Shown here one piece after another: positions 19,258-29,854 of a stretch of DNA of 64,000 nt. The position numbers and the translations under genes were made by a program. The notes beneath the pieces are model-generated. The model did not search any database. It was not told the origin of the DNA and worked only from the letters and a program-made list of their open reading frames with translations. Origin of the DNA: an uncultured archaeon (GTDB taxonomy: Archaea > Iainarchaeota > Iainarchaeia > Iainarchaeales > JAAZKV01); the NCBI GenBank assembly GCA_964549775.1, contig CAZJVN010000001.1, positions 21,028-85,027 of the forward strand. Direction: 5' to 3'. The first letter of the stretch is position 1, and the number at the start of each line of letters is the position of its first letter.

Positions 19258-19977
19258 ATGCCTCTAAGTTATGAACAAGCAAAAGCAAGAGAAAGATACA
19301 AAATTAAAAGAAAATTATTTGGGCATGTTGGAAGTGGTGCTGAGTCAAACGTTTATGCCGCTGATCTTATTTTTAAAAATAAAAGAAAAAGAAAAAATGT
19401 TGTTGTTAAAGAAATGAATGACAAATTAGGCGTGTTTTTTTCACCACACTTAAACGCTCTTGGGTATCGACAAAGAATAATTAATGCCAAAAAAGTTTAT
19501 ACTTTTTTAAAAAGAAAAGGAGTTGCAGTACCATCATTTTTTGTTCCAAGAATAAGAATGTATTCTGGAAGAGAGAGTATCATCATGGAAGATTTGCGAA
19601 TAAACCATGGAAAATTATACCCAATAAATCCAAAAAAAAGCCCAGACCCTTTATTTTTAAAAAAATTATCTGTGAAAAAAGATTATATCTTGATAAAAGA
19701 AATAGCTCGTGATTTTGCCACAATATTAAACGGTGGATTTATTCCACACGCACTTGATTTTTGGATGTTTTATAAAAAAGAAAATAGTTATGGTAGAGTA
19801 ATTAGTGACTTAACTTTATTTACTCACAAAAATGATGAAATATATTCAGCAACTCCTAGAAGTTATTTTACAGAACAAAAACAAGAATTATTAAATGAAT
19901 TTTACCATTTTTTAGGAAAAGAAGAATTTAAATTATTCTTGAAAGAGTATGAATCCCACATAACAACTGAAAAATAG
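19258..19977 (+). CDS. Divergent protein-kinase-like protein
   Basis: GSGAESNVY loop, VVVK, IIMEDL hinge, ISDL at the DFG position. Confidence 0.55.
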   Translation: MPLSYEQAKARERYKIKRKLFGHVGSGAESNVYAADLIFKNKRKRKNVVVKEMNDKLGVFFSPHLNALGYRQRIINAKKVYTFLKRKGVAVPSFFVPRIRMYSGRESIIMEDLRINHGKLYPINPKKSPDPLFLKKLSVKKDYILIKEIARDFATILNGGFIPHALDFWMFYKKENSYGRVISDLTLFTHKNDEIYSATPRSYFTEQKQELLNEFYHFLGKEEFKLFLKEYESHITTEK

Positions 19978-20009
19978 AAAAAATTATAACAAAAAAAGTT
20001 TAATTAATA

Positions 20010-23000
20010 TTAAGCAAATTCAAATAGCGATTTTTGTTGTACAGTGTCACTTTTGAATACTGAATCTATTTCTTTTTCAACCATGTCAAGTCTTTGGATT
20101 AAATATGAAGATAAATTTTCCTGTCTTGCAATATTTTGAGCAATTTTTAAGTATTTACGAACTGAACCTTCATGAATTGTTAAAATCAAAGAAGACTTTC
20201 CACATTTGTAACATTTTCCGCTTAATGGTATTCTTCTATAAATTTCGTTACATGCAGTGCATCTAAATGTTTGTCGAGAAAATGCTCTTGCATTTCCAAT
20301 AATGTCTGGCAAGAAGTGTGAAACCATTACTCTTTCAAGAGCGTCTTTTGAGTCAACCGCCATTATTTTTTTCTGTAAATTGTTTTGTCTTTGTAGTTTT
20401 TCATCCATTGTTTTTAGTTGAATGTATCTTGACATTTTTGGTCCTTCATCAAACAAATCTGTTTCATGAGTGTAACCTAAACCAGAGTATTGTTCTTTTT
20501 TATCTAAAATTTCTTTTACTGTTTTTATTTCTTTTATATTTGGTTCGCATATTTGTAAAGATTTTTCATAAAGATCTAAAGGATAACTCCAACAGGTTTC
20601 CATTTTGTGTACTTCATCATCAACTTCGGAAGGATCCATTTTTCCCCCACTTCTATTTGCTAAAAACTTTTGTGAAAAATTTAGTAAACCATCCATTAAA
20701 AGAATTACAGAATCTTGATCCCCATCAACGTTTCTTCTCTTTGCGCAAACAAAATAAGGGTGACCAAATCCAAGTCTTGCTTTTGTGTAACCTATTACTC
20801 TTGATACTACTGACGCTGAAGTGTGAGGCGCAAGTCCTAAAACTATCTCTCCAATTAAATCCTCTTTTGTTTTTGCGTTATAAAATCTTTCAACCCCATA
20901 ATATTTTTCAAGCAAATCATCAATAAATTTACTCACTTGAAGCATCCAATCTCCACAAGTATCATTTACAATAATGTCTTGCGGAAAAATTTCTATTATT
21001 TGATCAACAGTAGTTATTTCTTTACCGAAAATGTCTGTTTTGTATCCAAGTTCTTTTATTTTTTCTATTGATAAATTAATTTCTTTTGGCTTGAAGTGTG
21101 TGATTGTTGCATTTAGTAGTTCAAATCTTGAAGTACCATCTCTAAAAATATGAACATCATGTTTTGCTCGAAGTATTCCTTTTTCTAATGGTTCAATTTC
21201 TTTTGCATCAGAAATCATCCCCTTTACTCCTTTAATTAAATCTGGCAAAGGTTCACGAAGATTACTCTTAGCTTTTTCAAGTTCTATTCTTAAATTAAAT
21301 TCGTGTTCTCCTGAAAAAAATGTTTTATTTCCACAACTAGGACATTTATCTGCAAGTACACTTTTTTTACACTCTTTACAGTAGCTCATTAATTTTGTTC
21401 TGACCTTACATTCTTGACAATAAGAGTGGAAAGATTTCTTTTTGCATTTTGGGCAAACATATTCTGCAATTTCTGCAGAAACATTCCCTGTTTCATTATT
21501 GTACTCATCAGTTGCTTTAATTATACTCCTTGTACTTCCACCTTTGAGTCCAATTGGGTAAAGTACATGCGGGTTACCTATCATTTTTCTTGGTTTTGCT
21601 TGTTCAGGTCTACCCATTCTTCCACCAACAAAAGACCCTGCTTTATCTCTTATTTTCATCTCGGAAATTTCTGATAAATAATCAAGAACAGTGTTTGCAG
21701 TAGAATCTTTTTCTTTTTTATCTAAAGCGAAAGTTTGAATTATTGACTCTCCAAACTCGCCAATTAAAATTTTTCCTTGTTTTAATTTATGAGGCAACCC
21801 AATCTTTTCAAGTAGTTTTTTTACTTCAAGATTGTTTTCAACAAGTAATTTCTTCTCATTACTCTCTTCAAGAATTTCACATTTTAATAATTCTTGTCTT
21901 AAAAATTTTACCTCTTTTTCATTTAATGCTTTGTAAAAATGAATATAATTGGGGTGAAGAGAAACACCAGTTGTCCTAGAAATTGCGATTGATTGTTTTT
22001 GTGTAACTGTTCTTGGATTTTTTATTATTTCATCTAAATTAATTTTTTCTCCAAGTTCTTTTTCTAACTTTAACTCGAGTTCTTTTTTTTCTTTTGTAGC
22101 AATAATATTTTTTAGTTCCTCTAACCACCATTCTTCACAATAACCCACAGGCACTAAGGGGTGAGAGGTTTTCTTAAAATCCCCATACGTTGTTAGTATG
22201 TCACCTAAGTAAATAATTTTGTCTACTTGTGCTTTAACAATTTCTGCTTTTTCTTTTGTATTTATTCTTTCAACTGATCCGTCTTTTAGTAAAACTATTG
22301 GACCTTCAATCGTAGTGCATGGAAAAAATTGTGTTGCTTTTCCAGGCCTTTCCATTCGACCGTGTGTTCCTACTGCAATAAATTCATCAGTTAGTATCAT
22401 TGTTCCTGGATTAATTGCTTTTGCCATTATTCCTGTATTTCTTCCCCTTCCGTATCTCAATCTAAATCCTCCCCAAGTACTTGGGTAAGCTAGTATTGGT
22501 CTCCCTGCAGCAAGTCTGTCAAGAAATGCACGGTTTGGTTTTACCTCAATTTTTGTTTGAGTTTTTTCAACTTTAGCTATTTTTTCTAAAAAACTCCAAT
22601 CAAGTCCAAGAGACTTTGCAGTCTCCATTACCCACATTGCTTTTAGTGCAAGTCCTTCAGAAATTACTAGCCCCATTCCCCCACGAATTCTATTTGTTGG
22701 AATTCTTTGTAAATCTCTATGCGCTGAAACTTCAAGTAATTCTGTTGGAACTCCATTTACACAAACTGGGCACCCTCGAATAATTATTCTTATTTCTTCA
22801 TCTTTCATTGTGTATTGTCTTGAAATTACTTCAGTTTGGTATAACCCTATTTCTTCAACATATCTTTCTATTTCATCTTCTGTTGGTTTGTATCTATCAA
22901 GTCCTAAATATTTTCTAGCAAAGTCTGCAAGAATTAATGGAATAACTGTTGAAGACCCTCCAGCTGCACGAATGGGTCCTGCAAAATAAAGATCAATATA

Positions 23001-23453
23001 TTTTGAGCCGTCAGGATTTCTATTTATTTCAATTTTTGGTATTCCATCAAGCGGAGCTACAACTACTCCTTCTGTTTCTATTAGTAGACAAGCTTTGATT
23101 GCAATTTCTACTCTTTTTTGTTCATCAGGAATACTCCACCATTTTTGTGCAAGAATTTCTTCAAATAATTTAAAGTACGCTTTTCTTCTATTTGGTTCTT
23201 CAAGAGCAAGTTCTCTAAATCTTTGAGCAAGCCCTTTTAATCCAATAATTGTTTCTGCTCGATCTGCTAAATCAAGTGCAGGAATTATTTCAACCGAATC
23301 GTTTATGTCAATTCCTTTTGATTTTGCTTTTTGTGCAAGCAAGTATCCTTTTTTTGTATGCTCTTGGAGTAGTTTGAAATATTCTTTTACGTGTGTTTCT
23401 GCCGGAAAAGGAACTTCTTTTTCCAAAAGCGAAATTGTTTCTTCATTATTCAT
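20010..23453 (-). CDS. polC: DNA polymerase D large subunit DP2
   Basis: YFAGPIRAAGG, GFRLRYGR, RMGRPE, KRRNVDGDQD and Zn-binding CxxC motifs. Confidence 0.97.
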   Translation of the reverse strand: MNNEETISLLEKEVPFPAETHVKEYFKLLQEHTKKGYLLAQKAKSKGIDINDSVEIIPALDLADRAETIIGLKGLAQRFRELALEEPNRRKAYFKLFEEILAQKWWSIPDEQKRVEIAIKACLLIETEGVVVAPLDGIPKIEINRNPDGSKYIDLYFAGPIRAAGGSSTVIPLILADFARKYLGLDRYKPTEDEIERYVEEIGLYQTEVISRQYTMKDEEIRIIIRGCPVCVNGVPTELLEVSAHRDLQRIPTNRIRGGMGLVISEGLALKAMWVMETAKSLGLDWSFLEKIAKVEKTQTKIEVKPNRAFLDRLAAGRPILAYPSTWGGFRLRYGRGRNTGIMAKAINPGTMILTDEFIAVGTHGRMERPGKATQFFPCTTIEGPIVLLKDGSVERINTKEKAEIVKAQVDKIIYLGDILTTYGDFKKTSHPLVPVGYCEEWWLEELKNIIATKEKKELELKLEKELGEKINLDEIIKNPRTVTQKQSIAISRTTGVSLHPNYIHFYKALNEKEVKFLRQELLKCEILEESNEKKLLVENNLEVKKLLEKIGLPHKLKQGKILIGEFGESIIQTFALDKKEKDSTANTVLDYLSEISEMKIRDKAGSFVGGRMGRPEQAKPRKMIGNPHVLYPIGLKGGSTRSIIKATDEYNNETGNVSAEIAEYVCPKCKKKSFHSYCQECKVRTKLMSYCKECKKSVLADKCPSCGNKTFFSGEHEFNLRIELEKAKSNLREPLPDLIKGVKGMISDAKEIEPLEKGILRAKHDVHIFRDGTSRFELLNATITHFKPKEINLSIEKIKELGYKTDIFGKEITTVDQIIEIFPQDIIVNDTCGDWMLQVSKFIDDLLEKYYGVERFYNAKTKEDLIGEIVLGLAPHTSASVVSRVIGYTKARLGFGHPYFVCAKRRNVDGDQDSVILLMDGLLNFSQKFLANRSGGKMDPSEVDDEVHKMETCWSYPLDLYEKSLQICEPNIKEIKTVKEILDKKEQYSGLGYTHETDLFDEGPKMSRYIQLKTMDEKLQRQNNLQKKIMAVDSKDALERVMVSHFLPDIIGNARAFSRQTFRCTACNEIYRRIPLSGKCYKCGKSSLILTIHEGSVRKYLKIAQNIARQENLSSYLIQRLDMVEKEIDSVFKSDTVQQKSLFEFA

Positions 23454-24972
23454 TTATTTCACGCTCGGTCGCTTCTCTTAAAAACTGCATTTCTACAATT
23501 TTTCTATTTTTTAAATTAATTATTGGAATCGCACAAGGAGTAGGTACGTGACCTATTTTTTTTTGAAAATCACTTTGTGCTTCCCAAGTTCCAGTGTTAA
23601 GAATTGTTGTTCCTCTATAAGTTGCATAACCATTACAGTGCATATCTCCAAACCAAACAAGATCCGGTTCTTCTTTAATCACCATATAATCTTTTTTTTC
23701 AGGAACGTAAGGATTTTTCCCACCATACTTTGGCATCAAGTCTCTTTTCTTTAATAATTCTATCATCCCTTCTTGGGGCTTACTCATTTCAAGAAAACTA
23801 ACTGAACTAATAAGATCATGTACACTTGGCCCGTGGTAAACCAAATTTTTTAGTCCTTCAGTTTCTATCCATGAAGGAGAGGAAATAAAATGAAAATTAC
23901 TTAATTTGCTTAACCTTGGAACAAATTCTTTATCTATTCCTGGTTGAGGTTCTGCTCTTCTAACCGCATCATGTTGTCCAGGGCAAATAAATACTTGAAT
24001 GTATTCTGGAACTTGTAACATAAAATCTTCAAATCTTTCATACTGTGCGTAAATATCTTTTATTATTAAGTCATCATATTGTCCAGGGTAAACTCCAATT
24101 CCTGAAACATTATCTCCATTAACAAAAAGGTATTGTATTTTTCCAACTTTTTCTTGTTGTTTTTGTGTTAATCCTTTCCCGTTTAAATAATCAAAAAATC
24201 TTTGTAATTGTTCTTCATAACAAAGTTTACTCCCAATGTGAAAATCACTTACCCCGCAAGAATAAATTTCTTCATCTAAAAGTTTTGTTGGTCTTATCGG
24301 TAGGTCCGGCCAATATACTTCTTTAATTATTATAAAATCGTCTCCAACTTTTGCACCCTTAATCCCAACTACATTATCTTCCAATATCCTTTCTGCTTTT
24401 TTCATTATTTCTTTGTCTTTTTCCATTACAAGTGCAATACATTTTGTTTCAAGATCTTCAATCTCGTAAGCAATATGTCCTTTTTTAGTGGTCCATTTTC
24501 TATTAACTATTCCAATCACATCAACTGATTCATTTTTTGGTCTTGATTTTAATTCTTTTATTGGAATTGGAGAAAGGTTGTGTCTTTGTTTTAACATTGT
24601 TGAAAGCAAATCAAATTTGCTTCTAAATAAACGCAGAAAATCGTCAACCGTTCCACTTGACACACTTTTCCCAGTAACATCATTCTCTTCCATTACTCTA
24701 AACTCTGGTTTTCTTTCACTAGCAAAAGCAACAAAACTTTTTTTTATCACTTCAACTTTTTCTGGAGCCACTTGTGATAATTTTGTTCGAGAAAGTTTTT
24801 TTTCTAAAAGCAGTGGTTCAAGAACAAACACTCCCTCAGCACTAAATTCTTCTAAAATTTCTTTCCAGTTATCTTCTTTTGAAATTAATTCAATAGATTC
24901 TTTTGATAAAATTAGTCCTAGATTTTCCGCAGTAGAAAATACTTCTTGAGTTCTTGAGATATCTTTTAGCAA
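23446..24972 (-). CDS. polB: DNA polymerase D small subunit DP1
   Basis: OB fold plus phosphoesterase motifs SDFHIGS, PGQHDA, YHG; overlaps DP2 start. Confidence 0.93.
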   Translation of the reverse strand: MLKDISRTQEVFSTAENLGLILSKESIELISKEDNWKEILEEFSAEGVFVLEPLLLEKKLSRTKLSQVAPEKVEVIKKSFVAFASERKPEFRVMEENDVTGKSVSSGTVDDFLRLFRSKFDLLSTMLKQRHNLSPIPIKELKSRPKNESVDVIGIVNRKWTTKKGHIAYEIEDLETKCIALVMEKDKEIMKKAERILEDNVVGIKGAKVGDDFIIIKEVYWPDLPIRPTKLLDEEIYSCGVSDFHIGSKLCYEEQLQRFFDYLNGKGLTQKQQEKVGKIQYLFVNGDNVSGIGVYPGQYDDLIIKDIYAQYERFEDFMLQVPEYIQVFICPGQHDAVRRAEPQPGIDKEFVPRLSKLSNFHFISSPSWIETEGLKNLVYHGPSVHDLISSVSFLEMSKPQEGMIELLKKRDLMPKYGGKNPYVPEKKDYMVIKEEPDLVWFGDMHCNGYATYRGTTILNTGTWEAQSDFQKKIGHVPTPCAIPIINLKNRKIVEMQFLREATEREINE

Positions 24973-25069
24973 AAAAATCTTCCTTGCAAAAAAACAGTAA
25001 AACTTTTTTCAGCACTCTTTTCTTTTTAGAACTTAACACACAATTTTAACTAAATTTCTTAGTTAAATT

Positions 25070-25312
25070 TTATTTTAGTTTTTCTTTTGCAGATTCAATC
25101 ATAGATATTGATTGCCAAATATCTGTTCTTGTATGATCCGGCATGTTAATATCTGAACTAATATCGTCAAGCAAATAAATTGCTTCACTTAGTGTTGTTA
25201 CTGTGTTTTGTTTTATTTTAGAAAGAGCTTCTTCTACTTTAGCTCTGATGTTTCGTGGAACTAGTCTATCATTAAGTATACTTTCAAGTAACTCAATAAT
25301 ATCTTCATTCAT
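25070..25312 (-). CDS. UPF0147 family protein
   Basis: DRLVPRNIR and LDDISSDINMP.HTRT.IW pattern. Confidence 0.85.
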   Translation of the reverse strand: MNEDIIELLESILNDRLVPRNIRAKVEEALSKIKQNTVTTLSEAIYLLDDISSDINMPDHTRTDIWQSISMIESAKEKLK

Positions 25313-25455
25313 AAAAAACACCTTGCACCGAAAAAATATATTACTATCCGTATGCTACAAGAAATTAATACACAAATCCTTTTAAACAAAATCTTTAAGA
25401 AACAAAAAAGACACTTTTTTATTTTAAAAAAGAAAATAGAAAAATTAGAGGCAAA

Positions 25456-26427
25456 TTATTTTTTAACTAAAAGTTCTTCTTTTAGGTTGTTTAATCCTTC
25501 CCCTTCCAGAACTATTTTTTGACCAACAAAAGAATTCTTTGCTTCTTCAACCTGATCTTTTGAAGCAAGGTCAGTTTTTGTTATAATCACCCAAATTAAT
25601 TTATTTGAAAAAAGCTTTTTTGTTTCTGCAAATAAATTTATTTGCGCATTAAGGTCAGATAAAGGGTCTACTACAAAAAGAATTGTCCCTTTTAAGTATT
25701 GGAAAGCAGCTATTGCTTTTAACTCAATTTTATTTCTATCCTTAATTGGTCTATCAAGTAAACCAGGAGTATCAATTACTTGTATTTGTAAAAATTTTTT
25801 TGTAAAAAATCCAACATTAAGTCCTTGTGTAGTAAATGGATAAGGAGCTACTTTTGGTTTTGATTCAGTAATTTTATTCATTAAAGTACTTTTTCCAACA
25901 TTTGGAAATCCTGCTAAAATGTAACATTCTTCATTAACATCTATTTTTGGTAGTTCTCTTAATTTTTTTGTAGAATCATTATAGAGTTCAACAGGTTTGT
26001 TTAAGTTTTTCATTAATGAGCCCAGTCTTCCTAAAAATCTTTTTGAAACAATTAGTGCCTTTTTTTCATTCCCATAAACGTATTTCATTTCTTTTAATTC
26101 AATTAATGTATTTCTTCTTAGAGTTTTAACTATTTTTGCGGTTGAAAAGATTGAGGCTAGTGCTTTTCTTGTTTCATCCACATCAATTATGCATTCAAAT
26201 AGTTCTCTAGTAAAGGAAGGTAGTTCTTCAACATTAGGAAAAGTAGTTACTGCTTTTTCTAATTTTTCAATAATATATTCTGAAACCACATCAATTCTTG
26301 CAATTTCTTTCCCCTTTATTGTGTAAAAAAGTGTTTTTTGTTTAGGGTAAGTTGCAGCATTTTTTCTCCCCTTATTTAGTGCAAGATCCAGCAATTTTTG
26401 GGGTTTTTCTATCATTGGTAAATCCAT
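25456..26427 (-). CDS. NOG1-family GTPase
   Basis: GFPNVGKS, YPFTT, DTPGLLDRP, TKTD. Confidence 0.92.
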   Translation of the reverse strand: MDLPMIEKPQKLLDLALNKGRKNAATYPKQKTLFYTIKGKEIARIDVVSEYIIEKLEKAVTTFPNVEELPSFTRELFECIIDVDETRKALASIFSTAKIVKTLRRNTLIELKEMKYVYGNEKKALIVSKRFLGRLGSLMKNLNKPVELYNDSTKKLRELPKIDVNEECYILAGFPNVGKSTLMNKITESKPKVAPYPFTTQGLNVGFFTKKFLQIQVIDTPGLLDRPIKDRNKIELKAIAAFQYLKGTILFVVDPLSDLNAQINLFAETKKLFSNKLIWVIITKTDLASKDQVEEAKNSFVGQKIVLEGEGLNNLKEELLVKK

Positions 26428-26562
26428 ATTGTTTCAACTCTTAAAAATAAGTTAATTTTTTGCGCTTTGCATAACATATTTAAGGTTAAGGGGTTTTTTA
26501 ATATGTACTAAAGATGAATTATTTACTATATGCCTTTAAATTAAATTAAAAATGGTTTTTTT

Positions 26563-27612
26563 ATGATTAACGATTTGTACACAGGGAGATACAAAAAATT
26601 AATGATTATTCCAATAATCATTTTAATTCCTTTACTAATATTTGCTTTTGTTTATCCAGGACTAAAATTAGGTATTGAACTTACTGGAGGAAATGTGTTA
26701 ATTGTTAGAACTGACAAAGAAATGTCTGCTCAATCAGTTGAAGAGGTTTTGATAAATAATTTTGGTTTAAGCCAAGTAAAGGTTTCAACAATTAATTCTC
26801 CTAATAGTAATGGAGCTTATATCGAGTATAGTAAAGACGCTATTATTGTTCAAGCTGAAGAATTAATTAATTTAGCTCAATTAGCTGTTGAAGAGGAAAA
26901 AGACAGTGAAGCGATTGGTTATTCTGTTCAAGCAATTAAATTACTTTCTGGAAAAGACTCTACGTTTGACAATCCAAAACTTGCCTTAATTGCAGCACAA
27001 GATGAACTTCTTTTAGCTAATGATAATTTTTCTGAAAAAATGAAAGAGGTTTTAATACAAGAATTTAATTTAAGTCCAACTACTGAATTTCAAATTAGAG
27101 AGGTTTCTCCAACACTAGGAAAAGCTTCACTTGAGTCAGGAGCATTTATTGGATTAATTGCATTAATTTTAATTACAATAGTTATTTTTATTTCATTTAG
27201 ACAATTAATCCCAACTGTTGGAATTGTTCAAGCAATGTTTTACGATGTTATAGCTGCTTGTGCAGGAATGGCTTTACTAAATATTCCAGTGTCTCTAATT
27301 ACTCTTTCAGCACTATTAATGATTATTGGTTACTCTGTTGATTCAGACATTATGCTTACTTCAAGAATGTTAAAAGATAAAACTGGAGTTCCTGGAGAAA
27401 AAGCTACAGGGTCTTTAAAGACCGGATTAACTATGGCAGGAACAACAATTGTTGCAATACTTTCAATGATAATAATTTCTTACCTTTATCAAATTGATGT
27501 GATTTTACAAATATCAATAGTTTTACTTTTTGGACTTATTGGAGACTTGATCTCTACTTGGATTATTAATGTAGGAATATTAATGTGGTTTATTGAGGGG
27601 CGAAAAAAATGA
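26563..27612 (+). CDS. secF: Protein-export membrane protein SecF
   Basis: GIELTGG, VSPTLG, IIGYSVDSDIML motifs. Confidence 0.92.
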   Translation: MINDLYTGRYKKLMIIPIIILIPLLIFAFVYPGLKLGIELTGGNVLIVRTDKEMSAQSVEEVLINNFGLSQVKVSTINSPNSNGAYIEYSKDAIIVQAEELINLAQLAVEEEKDSEAIGYSVQAIKLLSGKDSTFDNPKLALIAAQDELLLANDNFSEKMKEVLIQEFNLSPTTEFQIREVSPTLGKASLESGAFIGLIALILITIVIFISFRQLIPTVGIVQAMFYDVIAACAGMALLNIPVSLITLSALLMIIGYSVDSDIMLTSRMLKDKTGVPGEKATGSLKTGLTMAGTTIVAILSMIIISYLYQIDVILQISIVLLFGLIGDLISTWIINVGILMWFIEGRKK

Positions 27613-29225
27613 ATCCACTAATTAAAAATTGGAGATTTATTCTTGTAGCAATATTCTTGCTAATTTCAATATCTTCATTATTATTTTACGGAATTACTTT
27701 TGGAATTGATTTTAAGGGAGGAACCCTTTATCAAATAGAATTACAAAGAGAAGTTTCTGCAACAGAAATTGCAAGAATTAGTACTATTATTCAACAAAGA
27801 ATTGATCCCGGCGGACTACGAGGAGATACTCTTTCTCCAGTTGGAGGAAAGTACATAATGATTCAAACTGCTGAAACTAATCCAACAGAGCTTGATAAAA
27901 TAGAATCAAGAATAAGACAACAAGGAAAATTTGAAGCAGTACTAAATGGAGAATTATTATTTACTGGAGATGAAATAAAAAGAATATCAAGAAAAGACGG
28001 GTATGGAGTTTCAAAAAATGGGAATGTGTATGAATGGAATTTACCTTTTGTTTTAAATGAAGCTTCTGCAAAACGATTTTCAGAAATGACTTTCCATCAA
28101 TGTACAGCAGTTTCTTTTACCCCTCAAGGAAAACCAGTTTATAATTGTGAAAAAACAATGTTCTTTTTAGATAAACCAAATGCACTTGTAGTACTAACTC
28201 AAGACCAATATGATTTTGATGAAGAAGAATTATTACTTGGAAATACTTTCCTAAATATCCCTGAAGGAACTAGTATTAGTGAAGTCATTGAAGATTCAAA
28301 AGTAGATGTATTAATTTATGACGGGACTGACTTTAATTCAATTTATTTGACAGAAGTATTAAAAGAAACAAATCAAGCAATTGTTTCTACTGATTTAAGT
28401 CAAAAAGCAATTGAAGACTTAAATAATTTTGGATTTATTGTAACAAAATCAACTGCCTCAAAAGATACTCCTTGGATTTGGAGTACCTTAAATGCTAAAC
28501 AAATTATTCGACTAAGTGAAGGAATAACAAATGAGGATGTTACTGATATTTCTCAAGCAAAAATATTTACTCAATTAAACATTAGTGGATCAAGAGAGAC
28601 AGCACAAATTGCCTTCCAAGACCTAGAAGAATTAGCAATATTACTTGAGTCAGGTTCACTACCAACTCCAGTTAAGAGTATTTCTAAAGAAACAATTTCT
28701 CCTTCACTAGGAAGTTCTTTTTTCATGAATGTTATAATAATGGGAATAGTTGCAATAATTTTTGTTTCTTTAGTGATAATTATAAGATACAAAAAAGCAA
28801 TTCTTGCTGTACCAATAATAGCTACTCTTCTTTTTGAAATAATAATTATGCTTGGAATACTTTCATTACCAATAATAAAACAACCACTTAATTTAGCCGC
28901 ATTTGCAGGAATTATAGCTGCGATAGGAACAAGTGTGGATTCAGAAGTAATTATTGTTGATGAAATAGTCGGAAAAGCAAGAAAGGAACACCTTTCTTTA
29001 ATTCAAAAAGTTAAAGAAGGATTATTCATCATCACTACTTCAGTATTAACAATGATAGCAGTAATGGGACCAATAGTTTTATTTTCAAGAACAATGCCTG
29101 GAATAAGCAACTTGTATGGATTTGCAGTAGTAGCAATTCTTGGAGGACTAATTGGAGTGTTAATTACAAGACCTGCTTTCACAAAAGTAGTTGAAATGAT
29201 TTCGGACAAAATAGATAAAAACTAA
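27609..29225 (+). CDS. secD: Protein-export membrane protein SecD
   Basis: GIDFKGG, LESGSLP, ISPSLG, IGTSVD, ITRPA motifs. Confidence 0.92.
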   Translation: MNPLIKNWRFILVAIFLLISISSLLFYGITFGIDFKGGTLYQIELQREVSATEIARISTIIQQRIDPGGLRGDTLSPVGGKYIMIQTAETNPTELDKIESRIRQQGKFEAVLNGELLFTGDEIKRISRKDGYGVSKNGNVYEWNLPFVLNEASAKRFSEMTFHQCTAVSFTPQGKPVYNCEKTMFFLDKPNALVVLTQDQYDFDEEELLLGNTFLNIPEGTSISEVIEDSKVDVLIYDGTDFNSIYLTEVLKETNQAIVSTDLSQKAIEDLNNFGFIVTKSTASKDTPWIWSTLNAKQIIRLSEGITNEDVTDISQAKIFTQLNISGSRETAQIAFQDLEELAILLESGSLPTPVKSISKETISPSLGSSFFMNVIIMGIVAIIFVSLVIIIRYKKAILAVPIIATLLFEIIIMLGILSLPIIKQPLNLAAFAGIIAAIGTSVDSEVIIVDEIVGKARKEHLSLIQKVKEGLFIITTSVLTMIAVMGPIVLFSRTMPGISNLYGFAVVAILGGLIGVLITRPAFTKVVEMISDKIDKN

Positions 29226-29273
29226 TAAATAAAAAACTATTAACTTACAAAAAAACCAATTTTTAATTAAATA

Positions 29274-29849
29274 TTAAATTAATTCATAAAGCTCTTTTTT
29301 GTAAAGATATTTTAATCCAAAAATCAAAATTAACAAAATAAGTCCACTCATTAAAAACCAAGTCAATGAATGAACTAAATCTGCATCAAATCCAATCATT
29401 GCAGAATAAACTACTAGAATCAATCTTGGGATATTTAGTAGAAAAATTATCCCCCCTCCAATTAACACTAAGCTAACTTTTTTTACTAATTCTAACTTTT
29501 TTAGTGAAAAAACAATGGCGATCAGTATACTAATACTAAAAAAACCAAGGCAAGCATTAGAAATAGTAAAAACAGTTTTACCAACTAATACTTGGTTATT
29601 AATCACACTTAACCCTAAAAAACTTGAAACAATACCTGCTAGCACAGTACTAATGAAAGAAAGATCAATTATTTCAATTAGATAAATTAAAATGAAGAAA
29701 ATTAGAAAGAACTTTATTGAAAAGAAAATTAATTTTTTTAATTGAGAATTAGATTTATTCACAACATTTTTGGTGTTTTTAACAAAAGGTTTTATCTTTT
29801 TTTTAGAAGAAAACTTTTTTTTAATGAGGTTTTTTTTAATTTTGTTCAA
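29274..29849 (-). CDS. Archaeosortase/exosortase family membrane transpeptidase
   Basis: ISNACLG (Cys), LNIPRL (Arg), LVH (His) in a multi-TM protein. Confidence 0.75.
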   Translation of the reverse strand: MNKIKKNLIKKKFSSKKKIKPFVKNTKNVVNKSNSQLKKLIFFSIKFFLIFFILIYLIEIIDLSFISTVLAGIVSSFLGLSVINNQVLVGKTVFTISNACLGFFSISILIAIVFSLKKLELVKKVSLVLIGGGIIFLLNIPRLILVVYSAMIGFDADLVHSLTWFLMSGLILLILIFGLKYLYKKELYELI

Positions 29850-29854
29850 CTATT

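Noticed and set aside
20010..23453. Intein in DP2
   Set aside because: Length is normal and no insertion is seen at the KRRNxDGD site
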